DNA from: an uncultured Acidobacteriota bacterium
GTDB lineage: Bacteria > Acidobacteriota > Vicinamibacteria > Fen-336
NCBI GenBank assembly: GCA_963720545.1
Contig: OY970399.1
Span: forward strand, 2,112,001-2,176,000
Direction of reading: 5' to 3'
Length of the DNA stretch: 64,000 nt
A program made the translations under genes and the position numbers. Shown piece by piece: positions 18,420 to 28,259 of the stretch. The notes under the pieces are model-generated. The model saw only the letters and a program-made list of their open reading frames with translations. It did not search any database and had not been told where the DNA came from. Each line of letters begins with the position of its first letter. Positions within the stretch are counted from its first letter, which is position 1.

Positions 18420-18998
18420 CTAGTTGGCGGAGCCTCCGAGCGCGCCGCGCGCCGCGGTGATCGCCTTCTTCGTGTCGCTCTCCACGAGCTCGGGGATGTC
18501 CTGGTGCTTCATGCTCGGGCCGGCGTTGCCGGCGGAGCCGCTCGGCGACATCGAGGAGGTCTCGCCCTTGCCGCCGCCCACCGACAGGGTGCCCTCGGGC
18601 AGCGTCTTGCCGAAGCTGCCTTCGGCCACCTTCCATTGCAGCAGGAACCACTGCGCGTACGGCAGCGGCAGCAGCACCAGCTTCTTGTTCTTGCCGTCCT
18701 TCATTTCGAGGACGAAGCCCGCTTCGCGGCCGTTGTCCTTGACGGTCTTGACCGACTCGAACTTGCCCTCGATCCTGAGCTTGCAGCCGTGCTCGCCCGG
18801 CGCGCCGATCCAGGTGATCGTCTTCTTGTTGCGGTCGAGGGTGAGCGTGCCGCCGTCCGGACCGCCCTTTTCCTCGTGTGCCAGCAGCATCTGCAACACG
18901 CCGTTCTCGTCGCTCAGCCATTCGTCCGCACGCACCAAGGGCGCGGCAGCCGACAGCGAGAACAGCAGGAATACCGGTGCGGCAAGGCGTGTCTTCAT
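18420..18998 (-). CDS. Exported hypothetical protein
   Basis: Signal peptide (MKTR...AAAPLVRA), GAGGGGG SD, abuts the HEAT-PPIase gene. Confidence 0.7.
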   Translation of the reverse strand: MKTRLAAPVFLLFSLSAAAPLVRADEWLSDENGVLQMLLAHEEKGGPDGGTLTLDRNKKTITWIGAPGEHGCKLRIEGKFESVKTVKDNGREAGFVLEMKDGKNKKLVLLPLPYAQWFLLQWKVAEGSFGKTLPEGTLSVGGGKGETSSMSPSGSAGNAGPSMKHQDIPELVESDTKKAITAARGALGGSAN

Positions 18999-19055
18999 GA
19001 GCGTTGGTCCCCCCTCGGAAGGTGGCGCCCTTCATTGTCCCACTAGAATCAAGCC

Positions 19056-20132
19056 ATGAAAGTCGGAATCATCGGCCTCCCGCTGGTCGGGAAGAGCACT
19101 CTTTTCAGCCTGCTGACGCAGGCGCCGCCGGCGCCGCCGGGCGGCAAGCCCGAGGCCAGGATTGGCATCGCGAAGGTGCCGGACGCACGGCTCGACCGCC
19201 TCGTCGCCATGTTCAAGCCGAAGAAGAGGACCCCGGCGACCGTCGAGTACGTGGACGTGCCGGGCGTCTCCAAAGGCGAAGGCGCGACGCTCGTCGACCT
19301 GCCGGCGCTGCGCGGCGTCGACGCCTTCGTGCACGTGGTGCGCGCCTTCGAGTCGGATGTGGTGCCGCATTCGGAGTCGACGATCGACGCGCTGCGCGAC
19401 GCGAAGATGATCGAGGAGGAGCTGATCCTCGCCGACCTGCTCGCGGTGGACGCGCGGCTCGCGCGCCTCGAGCAGAGCATCAAGAAGCTGAACCGCGCCG
19501 AGGACGTCGCCGAGCGCGCGCTGTTCGCGAAACTGAAACAGGTGCTCGAGAGCGAGCAGCCGCTGCGCGCCGCAGAATTCAGCGACGACGAGCGGAAGAG
19601 GCTGCGCAACTACTCGTTCGTCTCGGAGAAGCCGGTGATCCTGGCGGTCAACCTGGGCGAGGAGCAGATCCGCGAGGCGCAGGCACTCGTCGCGAAGTCG
19701 GGCCTTGCCGCCTTTGCCGCGCGGCCGCGCTACGCGCTGTGCCCGGTGTCGGCGCCGATCGAGGGCGAAATGGCGTCGCTCTCCGCCGAGGATGCCGCGG
19801 CCTTTCGCGCCGACCTCGGCCTCGCCGAGCCCGGCCTCGACCGCGTCATCGCAACTTCCTACCAGGTGCTCGGACTCATTTCGTTCCTCACCGCCGGCGA
19901 CGACGAATGCCGCGCCTGGACCATCCGCCGCGGCACCCGTGCGCAGCAGGCGGCGGGCGAGATCCATTCCGACATCGAGCGCGGCTTCATCCGCGCCGAA
20001 GTGGTGCCGTTCGAGGACCTCATCAAAGCCGGATCGTTCGCCGCCTGCCGCGAGAACGCGACGCTGCGCCTGGAAGGCAAGGAGTACGTGATCCAGGACG
20101 GCGAGGTGGTGCACTACCGGTTCAACGTGTGA
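19056..20132 (+). CDS. ychF: Ribosome-binding ATPase YchF
   Basis: GIIGLPLVGKSTLF, HVVRAF, AAGEIHSDIERGFIRAEV, LEGKEYVIQDG...FNV. Confidence 0.96.
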   Translation: MKVGIIGLPLVGKSTLFSLLTQAPPAPPGGKPEARIGIAKVPDARLDRLVAMFKPKKRTPATVEYVDVPGVSKGEGATLVDLPALRGVDAFVHVVRAFESDVVPHSESTIDALRDAKMIEEELILADLLAVDARLARLEQSIKKLNRAEDVAERALFAKLKQVLESEQPLRAAEFSDDERKRLRNYSFVSEKPVILAVNLGEEQIREAQALVAKSGLAAFAARPRYALCPVSAPIEGEMASLSAEDAAAFRADLGLAEPGLDRVIATSYQVLGLISFLTAGDDECRAWTIRRGTRAQQAAGEIHSDIERGFIRAEVVPFEDLIKAGSFAACRENATLRLEGKEYVIQDGEVVHYRFNV

Positions 20133-21082
20133 GCGCCTGCCCGCAATGCGGGCGACCGGTGGCGCTGCAGCGCGCCACCTGCCTCTACTGCGGGGCGCCG
20201 CTTGGCGATGCGGCACGGGCGCCCGCCCCGGTGGCGATGCCGCCGCTGGATGCGGCCTCCGCCGCTGGCACCGTTGCCACACCGCCGCCGGGTCCCGCGC
20301 GCGGCATCGTGCTGCTTGATTTCACCCGCGCCGGGATGGGCACGGCGCCGGCCGCGGTCGGCGCGGCACTCGGACTGACACTTCTGGAAGCCGAGCTGCT
20401 GGTGCGGCGCCAGGGGTTGCTCGTGCACCGCATCCTCGCAGAGCCGGCGGCCGAAGCCGAAGCGGCGCGGCTGGGCGCGGCCGGGCTGCGCGCCGAAGTG
20501 ATCGACGAACGGCAGGTGCTGCCGGCGCTTCAGCCGCAGTTGGCACGCGGCGGCGAGTTGCGCGGCGCAGCGCTCGTCCTCGACCTCGGCATCGGCATCG
20601 AGCAGGGCCTCGGCAGCGCGGCGCTCACGGCCGGCGATCTCGAGCTGGTGGTGCGCGGCCCGATCGCGCGCGAGTACACCGCGGTCGCGGTGCGGCGCCG
20701 CGTGCGCACGGCAACGCTCGAGCCCGGCTACCGCTTCCACCTCCACCGGCGCGGCGGGGCGTCATTGATCCCGATCGAGATCGATCCGGCCACCTTCGTC
20801 TTTCCACGCAGCGACCGGCCGTGGTCGTCGCTGCTGACGCTCGGCGGCTGGATCGCGGCTCTCGGGCTTGCAAGCGGCCGCGACGACGACTCGTTCCGCC
20901 GCGAGACTCCGGCTCTCGGCCTCGAGGAGCCGGCGCGCACCGACCTCGGCGCGCTGCTGCGCACCTCTGGCACCGCCGCGCGCCGCGACGACAACGGCCC
21001 GGCCGTCATGGACAACCTGCGCCAGTTCCGCTGGCATTCGGGCCTGCGCGCCGCCCTGGCGCGCGCACGCGCAACTCGCTAA
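20129..21082 (+). CDS. Hypothetical protein with N-terminal zinc ribbon
   Basis: GTGA overlap with ychF stop; CPQCG...CLYCG. Confidence 0.7.
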   Translation: MSACPQCGRPVALQRATCLYCGAPLGDAARAPAPVAMPPLDAASAAGTVATPPPGPARGIVLLDFTRAGMGTAPAAVGAALGLTLLEAELLVRRQGLLVHRILAEPAAEAEAARLGAAGLRAEVIDERQVLPALQPQLARGGELRGAALVLDLGIGIEQGLGSAALTAGDLELVVRGPIAREYTAVAVRRRVRTATLEPGYRFHLHRRGGASLIPIEIDPATFVFPRSDRPWSSLLTLGGWIAALGLASGRDDDSFRRETPALGLEEPARTDLGALLRTSGTAARRDDNGPAVMDNLRQFRWHSGLRAALARARATR

Positions 21083-21119
21083 CGAGCAAAAAGCACCCCG
21101 TGTTACCGTTCCGGCCAAG

Positions 21120-22091
21120 GTGAAACTCATCGTCCAGATACCGGCGCTGAACGAGGAGGGCACCCTGCCCGCAACCCTTGCGGCGATCCCGCGGCAGATT
21201 CCCGGCATCGACGTGGTCGAGGTGCTGGTGATCGACGACGGCTCGTCCGACCGCACCACCGCGGTCGCGCGCGAGCATGGCGCCGACCACATCGTCCGCT
21301 TCCGCCGCCGCCGCGGGCTGGCGCACGGCTTCATGGCGGGCCTCGACGCGGCGCTGCGGCTCGGCGCCGACGTCATCGTCAACACCGACGCCGACCACCA
21401 GTACCCGGGCAAGGAAATCCCGCGGCTCATCGGCCCGATCCTGAACGGCGAGGCCGACCTGGTCGTGGGCGACCGCCGCGTCTCGGAAGTGGCGCATTTC
21501 TCGTGGGGCAAGCGCCGCCTGCAGGGCTTCGGCTCGTGGGTGGTGCGCAAGGTTTCGGGCACCGAACTGCCCGACACCACCAGCGGCTTCCGCGCTTTCA
21601 CCCGCGAGGCGGCGCTGCGCATCAACATCGTCAGCGAGTTCACCTACACGCTCGAGTCGATCATCCAGGCCGGCAAGAAGCGCCTCGCGGTCGCGCACCT
21701 GCCGATCGAGTCGCAGGAGACGCGGCCGTCGCGGCTCTTCGGTTCGACCTGGGAGTACGTGAAGCGCAGCGGCGCCACCATCGTGCGCATCTACGCGATG
21801 TACGAGCCGTTCAAGGTGTTCATGATCCTCGGCTCGCTGCTGCTCGGCGCCGGCGTGCTGCTCGGCCTGCGCTACGCGTGGTTCTGGTGGCTCGGCGACA
21901 TCCGCGGCCACCTGCAGTCGGCGATCCTCTCGGTGCTGCTGCTGATCCTCGGCTTCCAGACGCTGCTCTGGGGGCTGATGGCGGACCTCGTCGCCAGCAA
22001 CCGCAAGCTGCTCGAGGACCTGCTCTACCGCACGCGGCTCGCCGAGGCCGGCGGGCTGCGCGGCGGCGAGGCGGGGCCGGGACGTGGCTGA
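21120..22091 (+). CDS. GT2 glycosyltransferase (polyprenol-phosphate sugar synthase-like, 2 C-terminal TMs)
   Basis: VKLIVQIPALNEE, VIDDGSSD, NTDADHQY, DTTSGFRAF. Confidence 0.9.
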   Translation: MKLIVQIPALNEEGTLPATLAAIPRQIPGIDVVEVLVIDDGSSDRTTAVAREHGADHIVRFRRRRGLAHGFMAGLDAALRLGADVIVNTDADHQYPGKEIPRLIGPILNGEADLVVGDRRVSEVAHFSWGKRRLQGFGSWVVRKVSGTELPDTTSGFRAFTREAALRINIVSEFTYTLESIIQAGKKRLAVAHLPIESQETRPSRLFGSTWEYVKRSGATIVRIYAMYEPFKVFMILGSLLLGAGVLLGLRYAWFWWLGDIRGHLQSAILSVLLLILGFQTLLWGLMADLVASNRKLLEDLLYRTRLAEAGGLRGGEAGPGRG

Positions 22092-22935
22092 GGCGGCGGA
22101 GGTCTCGGTCGTCATTCCAGCTTTCGGCGAAGAGGCGGCAGTGGGCGCGGTGATCGAACGGCTGCGCGCCGCCTTCGCCTTCCGCGAGATCCTGGTGATC
22201 GACGACGCCTCGCCCGACGCGACCGCGGAGCGCGCCGCGGCCGCCGGCGCCACCGTCCTCCGCCATCCGTACAACAAGGGCAACGGCGCCGCGGTCAAGA
22301 CCGGCATCCGTGCGGCGCAGGCGCCGTACGTGCTGCTGATGGACGCCGACGGCCAGCACGACCCCTCGGACGTCGCGAAGCTGCTCGAACCACTCGGCGA
22401 ATACGACCTCGTGATCGGCGCGCGCGCCGCGGCCGACCAGTCGCTGCTTCGCTCCCTCGGCAACCGGGTCTTCAACACGCTCGCCACCTGGCTCACCGGC
22501 CGGCGCATCCCCGACCTCACGTCGGGATTTCGCGCGGCGCGCCGCGAACGCCTCATGGAGGTGATCCACCTCCTCCCCAACCGCTTCTCCTACCCGACCA
22601 CCACCTGCCTGTCGTTCCTGAAGGCCGGCCACAACGTCACCTTCGTGCCGGTGGCGGCGCGCGCGCGCGTCGGCGCGAGCAAGATCCGGCCGTTGCGCGA
22701 CGGCGTCAAGTTCCTGCTCATCATCTTCAGGATCGTCACGCTCTACAGCCCGCTGCGCATCTTCGCGCCGCTCGCCTGCGCGTCGTTCCTGCTCGGCGGC
22801 GTTTATGGCGTGTGGAACGTGGTGCAGCACGGCAAGATCCCGATGGGCTCGGCGCTCCTCATCCAGCTCGCGGTCGTGGTCTTCCTCTTCGGCCTCATCT
22901 CGGAACAGATCGCCGCGGGCCAGGACCGGCGGTGA
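22084..22935 (+). CDS. GT2 glycosyltransferase (DPM/DPG synthase-like, 2 C-terminal TMs)
   Basis: SVVIPAF, VIDDAS, NKGNGAA, MDADGQH, DLTSGFRA. Confidence 0.9.
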   Translation: MAEAAEVSVVIPAFGEEAAVGAVIERLRAAFAFREILVIDDASPDATAERAAAAGATVLRHPYNKGNGAAVKTGIRAAQAPYVLLMDADGQHDPSDVAKLLEPLGEYDLVIGARAAADQSLLRSLGNRVFNTLATWLTGRRIPDLTSGFRAARRERLMEVIHLLPNRFSYPTTTCLSFLKAGHNVTFVPVAARARVGASKIRPLRDGVKFLLIIFRIVTLYSPLRIFAPLACASFLLGGVYGVWNVVQHGKIPMGSALLIQLAVVVFLFGLISEQIAAGQDRR

Positions 22936-25454
22936 CCCGCCGTTTCCGGCTGCGGGACGGCCACATCATCACCCTGCTCGCCTTGCTGCCGGCGATTGCG
23001 CTCTCGCCCTTCTGGCTCGCGGGCCGCCTGCTCGGGCCGGGCGACGGTGCCGCGCTGCACTTTCCGCTGCGCGCCGCCGTCTGGGACGCGTATCGCCACT
23101 TCGACCTGCCGTCGTGGAACGCCGGCATCTTCTTCGGCACGCCGCTGCTCGCCGCGTACCGGCCCGGCGCCTTCTATCCGCTGATGCCGCTGCTGGCACC
23201 GTTCTATCCGTTCGACGCCTTCCAGGCGCTGGTCTTGTTGTCGCTCGGCGCCGCGGCGGTGCTCACCTTCCTCTACCTGCGGCGCCTCGGCGCGCACACC
23301 GTCGGCGCCTACGTCGCAGCACTGGCGTTTGCACTCGGCCCCTACCTCATCGGCCACCTCAGCGACACGGCCACCCTGGTTGCGGCGCCGACGCTGCCAC
23401 TGCTGCTGCTCGCGGCGGAGTCGCACATGAACAAGGCGCGGCCAGGGCGCGCGGTGGGCCTGGCCGCCGCAGTCGCGCTGCTGCTCCTCGCCGGTTCGCC
23501 CGAAGCCGCGCGCGCCGGGCTCGCACTCGTCGCCGGCCGCGTGCTCCTCGGCCATGTGCTGCGCGGGCCGCGCACGCCGCCCGTCTGGATGAGCGCCGTG
23601 GCGCTTGCCGGCGGCTTGTGCCTCGCGGCGCCGCAGCTGCTGCCGGCGCTCGCCACCGCATCGCAGTCGGGGCTGCGCACCACGGGCCTTGCGAATCCGC
23701 CTGGGGAAGACCTGCCCGGACTCTCCGGACTGGTGCTGCGCTACGTCTCGCACAGCCCGGCGCCGGCGCTGGCCCTGGCCGCGGTGCCGCTGGTCTTCAC
23801 GCAGCTGCCGTTTCGCGCACTGGCGGTGGCGCTCGCGGTCTGCCTCGGGCTGCAGTGGGGGCGCGGGCCGCTGTCGGCGCCGGGAGCCCTGCCTCTCGTC
23901 TTCGACCTGGCGCTCGCGGTGCTCGCCGGGCTCTCGATGTCGGCCGCCTGGCGCTCGCGCCACCTGCGCCTCGGCCGCCGGCTGCGCGCGCATTTCCTGG
24001 TGGCGGCGATGGCGTCGGCGGCGGCGCTCTCGTTCGCGGCGATGTTCGGCGGGCCGCTGCCGCAGACGCTCGCGGGCGCCGTCGGCGTCCTCGCCGTCGC
24101 GTTCATCCTGTGGTTCCTGCTGGCCGAGAACCGCGACCCGGTGATCGCTGGAGTGTTCCTGCTGCCGCTCACGGTTTCCTTCCTGCTGCAGCCGCACGCC
24201 CGCCAGGTCGCGGGGGCGGCACCGCTGCGCACGGAGCTGATGAACGGCACCACCACCCGCGCCGCGGTGGACGGCGCCATGGGCGCGCGCGTCGGCGAGC
24301 CGATCCTGGCGCTCGCCTTCCAGTGGCCCGGCGACGCGGCAATCGACCTCGGCTACGCCAATTTCGGCGCGCTCACCGGGCGGCGCAGCGTCAACGGCTA
24401 CGACCCGATGGTGGCGGAGCGCATCCGCCAGGCGTTCGACGGCATGGGCGCCGGCGGCGGGCTTCACCCCGATTTCCTCGCGGCCGATCCGGCGCGCCTC
24501 GGCTTCCTCGGCGTGCGCTGGGTGGAGGTGCCCGGCGCGATGCTGCGCCCCGGTGGCCCGGGCGGCGGGCCGCACGGCGAACCGCAGCCGCTCGACGTGC
24601 CGCTCGGCGACGCGCCGCGCGACTTCGCATTGCCCTTCACCGCGGCGACGGCGGTGGCGGTGGAAGCGGTGCTCGCGAACCCGGCCGCCTTCCGGCCCGC
24701 GGACGTGATCGCTCACCTGGACGCGCGGCTCGCCAGCGGCCGCGCGTTTCGCCTCAACCTCAGCGCCGCGCAGCCGGCGGCGCAGCTTTTGCTGCCCGGC
24801 CGCTACAACGTGGTCGGCGTGCGGGTCACGCGCGCCGCACCGCAGGCGCAGCTGACGATCCGCGCGCTGGGCCTCGACGATACCGTCACCCGCAAGCGCA
24901 CGCCGGTCTCGCCCGCATCCGCCTTCACCAGCGACACGGGGCTGTTTCGCAGCGCGCTCCAGACCTCGGCGGTGAGCCTCTACGAAGTGCGCTCCTGCCA
25001 GGGCCCGCGGGTGGTGGCACGCACCCGCCGCCTCGAGTCGGATGCGGCAGTGCTCGCCGCCCTGCGCGAACTCACGGCGCACGGCATCGACGTCGACGAC
25101 GAGGCGCTGGTGACCGCCGCCGATGCCGACGGCGAGGATCCCGCCGGCGGCCGCACGTCGCATGCTGCGGTGAGCCGCGATGCCGGCAGCCGCATCGACT
25201 TGTTCGCGGAAGGGCCGGGCACGCTGGTGCTGCCGCTCGCCTTCGACGCCGGCTGGCACGCGACCGTGGACGACGACTTCCGCCGCCTGTTCCGCGTCAA
25301 CCATTTCCAGTCGGCGTTGCGGCTCGGCGCCGGCACCCACCGCATCGCGCTGCGCTACCGCCCGCGCGGGCTCGGCGCGGCGCTGCCGCTGGCACTTCTT
25401 GCGGCGCTCGGCCTCGCGGCCTGGGCCGGCGCGAAAAGTACAATGAGCGCGTGA
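22932..25454 (+). CDS. YfhO-like polytopic membrane protein (putative GT-C)
   Basis: LPSWNAGIFFGTPLLA...FYP N-terminal motif, many TMs, SVNGYDP, C-terminal GWHATVD...VNHFQSALRLGAGTHRIALRYRP. Confidence 0.8.
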   Translation: MTRRFRLRDGHIITLLALLPAIALSPFWLAGRLLGPGDGAALHFPLRAAVWDAYRHFDLPSWNAGIFFGTPLLAAYRPGAFYPLMPLLAPFYPFDAFQALVLLSLGAAAVLTFLYLRRLGAHTVGAYVAALAFALGPYLIGHLSDTATLVAAPTLPLLLLAAESHMNKARPGRAVGLAAAVALLLLAGSPEAARAGLALVAGRVLLGHVLRGPRTPPVWMSAVALAGGLCLAAPQLLPALATASQSGLRTTGLANPPGEDLPGLSGLVLRYVSHSPAPALALAAVPLVFTQLPFRALAVALAVCLGLQWGRGPLSAPGALPLVFDLALAVLAGLSMSAAWRSRHLRLGRRLRAHFLVAAMASAAALSFAAMFGGPLPQTLAGAVGVLAVAFILWFLLAENRDPVIAGVFLLPLTVSFLLQPHARQVAGAAPLRTELMNGTTTRAAVDGAMGARVGEPILALAFQWPGDAAIDLGYANFGALTGRRSVNGYDPMVAERIRQAFDGMGAGGGLHPDFLAADPARLGFLGVRWVEVPGAMLRPGGPGGGPHGEPQPLDVPLGDAPRDFALPFTAATAVAVEAVLANPAAFRPADVIAHLDARLASGRAFRLNLSAAQPAAQLLLPGRYNVVGVRVTRAAPQAQLTIRALGLDDTVTRKRTPVSPASAFTSDTGLFRSALQTSAVSLYEVRSCQGPRVVARTRRLESDAAVLAALRELTAHGIDVDDEALVTAADADGEDPAGGRTSHAAVSRDAGSRIDLFAEGPGTLVLPLAFDAGWHATVDDDFRRLFRVNHFQSALRLGAGTHRIALRYRPRGLGAALPLALLAALGLAAWAGAKSTMSA

Positions 25455-26155
25455 GCGTGCGCAGCCTGTCGGTATTCTTCCCGGCCTACAACGACGCCGG
25501 CACCATCGCGAGCCTCGCTCTGGTCGCGCACATGGCGGCGCGCGAGCTGACCCCCGACTACGAGGTGATAGTCATCGACGACGGCAGCCCCGACCACACC
25601 GGCGCGGTGCTCGACGAGATGGCGCTGCATTTCCCCTGGCTCAAGGTGGTCCACCACGGCGCCAACCGCGGCTACGGCGGCGCGCTGCGCTCCGGCTTCG
25701 AGCACGCTTCGAAGGAGCTGGTCTTCTACACCGACGGTGACGCGCAGTACGATCCGCGCGAGATCGCGGTGCTGTGGCGCGCGCTGCGCGACGACGTCGA
25801 CTTCGTCAACGGCTACAAGATCGGCCGCTCCGATCCGCTGCACCGCGTCGTCATCGGCCGGCTCTACCACTGGTTCGTGAAGCTGATGTTCGGCCTGCGC
25901 ATGCGGGACGTCGACTGCGACTTCCGTCTGATGCGCCGCAGCATCTTCGCCAAGGTGCGGCTGACACGCTCCTCCGGCGTGATCTGCGTCGAGCTCATGA
26001 AGAAGGTGCAGGACGGCGGCTTCCGCATCGCCGAGGTGCCGGTGCACCACTACCACCGCAGCTACGGCCGTTCGCAGTTCTTCAACTTCCCGCGCGTGTT
26101 TCGCACCCTCCTCGACCTCGCGAAGCTGTGGGTCGAGCTGGTGGTGCGCAGGTGA
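25451..26155 (+). CDS. GT2 glycosyltransferase (DPM synthase-like)
   Basis: LSVFFPAYND, VIDDGSPD, NRGYGGALRSG, YTDGDAQYD, DVDCDFRL. Confidence 0.9.
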   Translation: MSVRSLSVFFPAYNDAGTIASLALVAHMAARELTPDYEVIVIDDGSPDHTGAVLDEMALHFPWLKVVHHGANRGYGGALRSGFEHASKELVFYTDGDAQYDPREIAVLWRALRDDVDFVNGYKIGRSDPLHRVVIGRLYHWFVKLMFGLRMRDVDCDFRLMRRSIFAKVRLTRSSGVICVELMKKVQDGGFRIAEVPVHHYHRSYGRSQFFNFPRVFRTLLDLAKLWVELVVRR

Positions 26156-27144
26156 GCGGCCACCGCGACGCCTACCGCGGCAAGACGGCGCTGGTCACCG
26201 GCGGCCTCGGCTTCATCGGCTCCAACCTGTGTCGCACGCTCGCCGACCTCGGCGCCGACGTGCTCGCGGTCGACAGCCTGCTTCCCGACTACGGCGGCAA
26301 CCTCTTCAACCTCGACGGCTACGAGGGCCGGGTGCGGGTCAACTACGCCGACGTCCGCGGCCACGCGATGGAGCACCTGGTGCGCGGCGCCGACTACCTC
26401 TTCAACCTGGCGGGCCAGGTGAGCCACATCGACTCGATGACCGACCCGTTCACCGACCTCGAGATCAACTGCCGCAGCCAGCTGTGGATCCTCGAGGCGG
26501 TACGCAAGCAGAACCCCGAGGTGAAGATCGTCTACGCGGGCACGCGCCAGGTGTACGGCAAGCCGCAGCACCTGCCGGTCAGCGAGGCGCATCCCCTGAA
26601 CCCGACCGACGTCAACGGCATCAACAAGATCTCGGGCGAGCTCTACCATCTCGTCTACCACTCGGTGTACGGCCTGCGGGCGTGCTCGCTGCGGCTCACC
26701 AACACCTACGGCCCGCGCCAGCTCATCCGCCATCCGCGCCAGGGCTTCATCGGCTGGTTCTTCCGCAAGGCGGTGCTCGGCGAGACCATCGAGCTCTTCG
26801 GCGACGGCACCCAGGTGCGCGACTTCGACTACGTGGACGACGTGGTGGACGCGTTCCTGCGCGCCGGCGCCGCGGACGCCGCCGACGGCCAGGTCTTCAA
26901 CCTGGGCGGCGGCGCCACCAGTTCGCTGGGCGCGCTCGCCAACCTGCTCGTGGAACTCGCCGGGCGCGGCCAGGTCGAGCTGCGGCCGTTCCCGGAAGAC
27001 CGCAAGCGCATCGACATCGGCGACTTCACCTCGGATGCCGGGAAGATCAAGGGCATGCTGGGGTGGGAGTCGCAGACGCCGCTGCGCAGCGGCGTCGAGA
27101 CGACGCTGCGCTACTACCTGGCCCACAAGGAGCGCTACTTGTGA
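26152..27144 (+). CDS. NAD-dependent epimerase/dehydratase
   Basis: LVTGGLGFIGSNL, NLAGQVSH, RLTNTYGPRQ, FGDGTQVRDF. Confidence 0.92.
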   Translation: MSGHRDAYRGKTALVTGGLGFIGSNLCRTLADLGADVLAVDSLLPDYGGNLFNLDGYEGRVRVNYADVRGHAMEHLVRGADYLFNLAGQVSHIDSMTDPFTDLEINCRSQLWILEAVRKQNPEVKIVYAGTRQVYGKPQHLPVSEAHPLNPTDVNGINKISGELYHLVYHSVYGLRACSLRLTNTYGPRQLIRHPRQGFIGWFFRKAVLGETIELFGDGTQVRDFDYVDDVVDAFLRAGAADAADGQVFNLGGGATSSLGALANLLVELAGRGQVELRPFPEDRKRIDIGDFTSDAGKIKGMLGWESQTPLRSGVETTLRYYLAHKERYL

Positions 27145-28259
27145 GCGGCACCTTCGCCATTCCGTTCGTCGACCTGCACCCGCAGGTGGCGTCGCTGCGG
27201 CCAGCGATCGACGCCGCGATCGCACGCGTGCTCGATTCGGGCTGGTTCATCCTCGGCCCCGAGGTTGCGGCTTTCGAGAAGGAGCTGGCGGCGGCGCTCG
27301 GCGCCAGCCACGCGGTAGCGGTGGCAAACGGCACCGACGCGATCCAGCTGGCGCTCGAGGCGAAGGGCATCGGGCCGGGCGACGAGGTCATCACCTCGAC
27401 ACTGACCGCCGCCTTCACCGGCCTCGCGATCCTGCGCACCGGTGCCACGCCGGTGTTCGCCGACGTCGACGCGGCGACCCTCAACCTCGACACCGGGTCG
27501 GTCGCCGATCGCATCACCGCCGCAACCAAGGCCCTGGTACCGGTGCACCTTTACGGCCATCCCGTGGAGCTCGACCCGGTGCTCTCGCTCGTGGCGCAGT
27601 ACGGTCTGGTCGTGGTCGAGGATGCGTGCCAGGCGCACGGCGCCCGCTACGAGGGCCAAACCGTCGGCACCATCGCGAGCCTCGGCGCCTTGTCCTTCTA
27701 TCCGACCAAGAACCTCGGCGCGTTCGGCGACGGCGGCGCGGTGCTGGCCGCCGATGCGGACGACGCGGCGCGGCTGCGACAACTGCGAAATGGCGGACAG
27801 AAAGACCGCTACAGCCACGACCTTTCCGGCATCAACAGCCGCCTCGACGAGATGCAGGCGGCGATCCTGCGCGCCAAGCTCGGACACCTCGACGCCTGGA
27901 ACGAACGGCGGCGGCAGCTGGCGGCGCTCTACAACGAGGAGCTGCGCGGCGCTTCGGTGGTGCTGCAACACGAGCAGCCATACGCGCGCGCCGTGAACCA
28001 TCTCTACGTCATCCGGCACAAGCGCCGCGACGCTCTGGTGACGGCGCTCGCCGCCGAAGGCATCCAGGCGCTCATCCACTATCCGGTCCCGCTGCACCTG
28101 CAAGGCGCTTTCCGCCACCTTGGCGGCAAGCCTGGCGACAGCCCGGTGGCTGAGCAAGCCTGCGGCGAGATCCTGTCGCTGCCGCTCTATCCGGAGCTTG
28201 GCGACGCGCAGGTACGCCAGGTCGCGGCCGCGGTCAAACGCCTGGCCGAACGGGTGTGA
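27141..28259 (+). CDS. DegT/DnrJ/EryC1/StrS sugar aminotransferase
   Basis: VANGTDAI, PVHLYG, EDACQAHGA, SFYPTKNLGAFGDGG, NSRLDEMQAA. Confidence 0.95.
   Translation: MSGTFAIPFVDLHPQVASLRPAIDAAIARVLDSGWFILGPEVAAFEKELAAALGASHAVAVANGTDAIQLALEAKGIGPGDEVITSTLTAAFTGLAILRTGATPVFADVDAATLNLDTGSVADRITAATKALVPVHLYGHPVELDPVLSLVAQYGLVVVEDACQAHGARYEGQTVGTIASLGALSFYPTKNLGAFGDGGAVLAADADDAARLRQLRNGGQKDRYSHDLSGINSRLDEMQAAILRAKLGHLDAWNERRRQLAALYNEELRGASVVLQHEQPYARAVNHLYVIRHKRRDALVTALAAEGIQALIHYPVPLHLQGAFRHLGGKPGDSPVAEQACGEILSLPLYPELGDAQVRQVAAAVKRLAERV

Noticed and set aside
22805..26155. Apparent giant or fusion ORFs in the track (22805-26155, 28120-32073, 36706-39798, 41064-44015, 57547-60798, 59619-62117)
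   Set aside because: N-terminal parts are off-frame read-through over the upstream gene; real starts are at the ATGA/GTGA overlaps, so no frameshifts or fusions are needed
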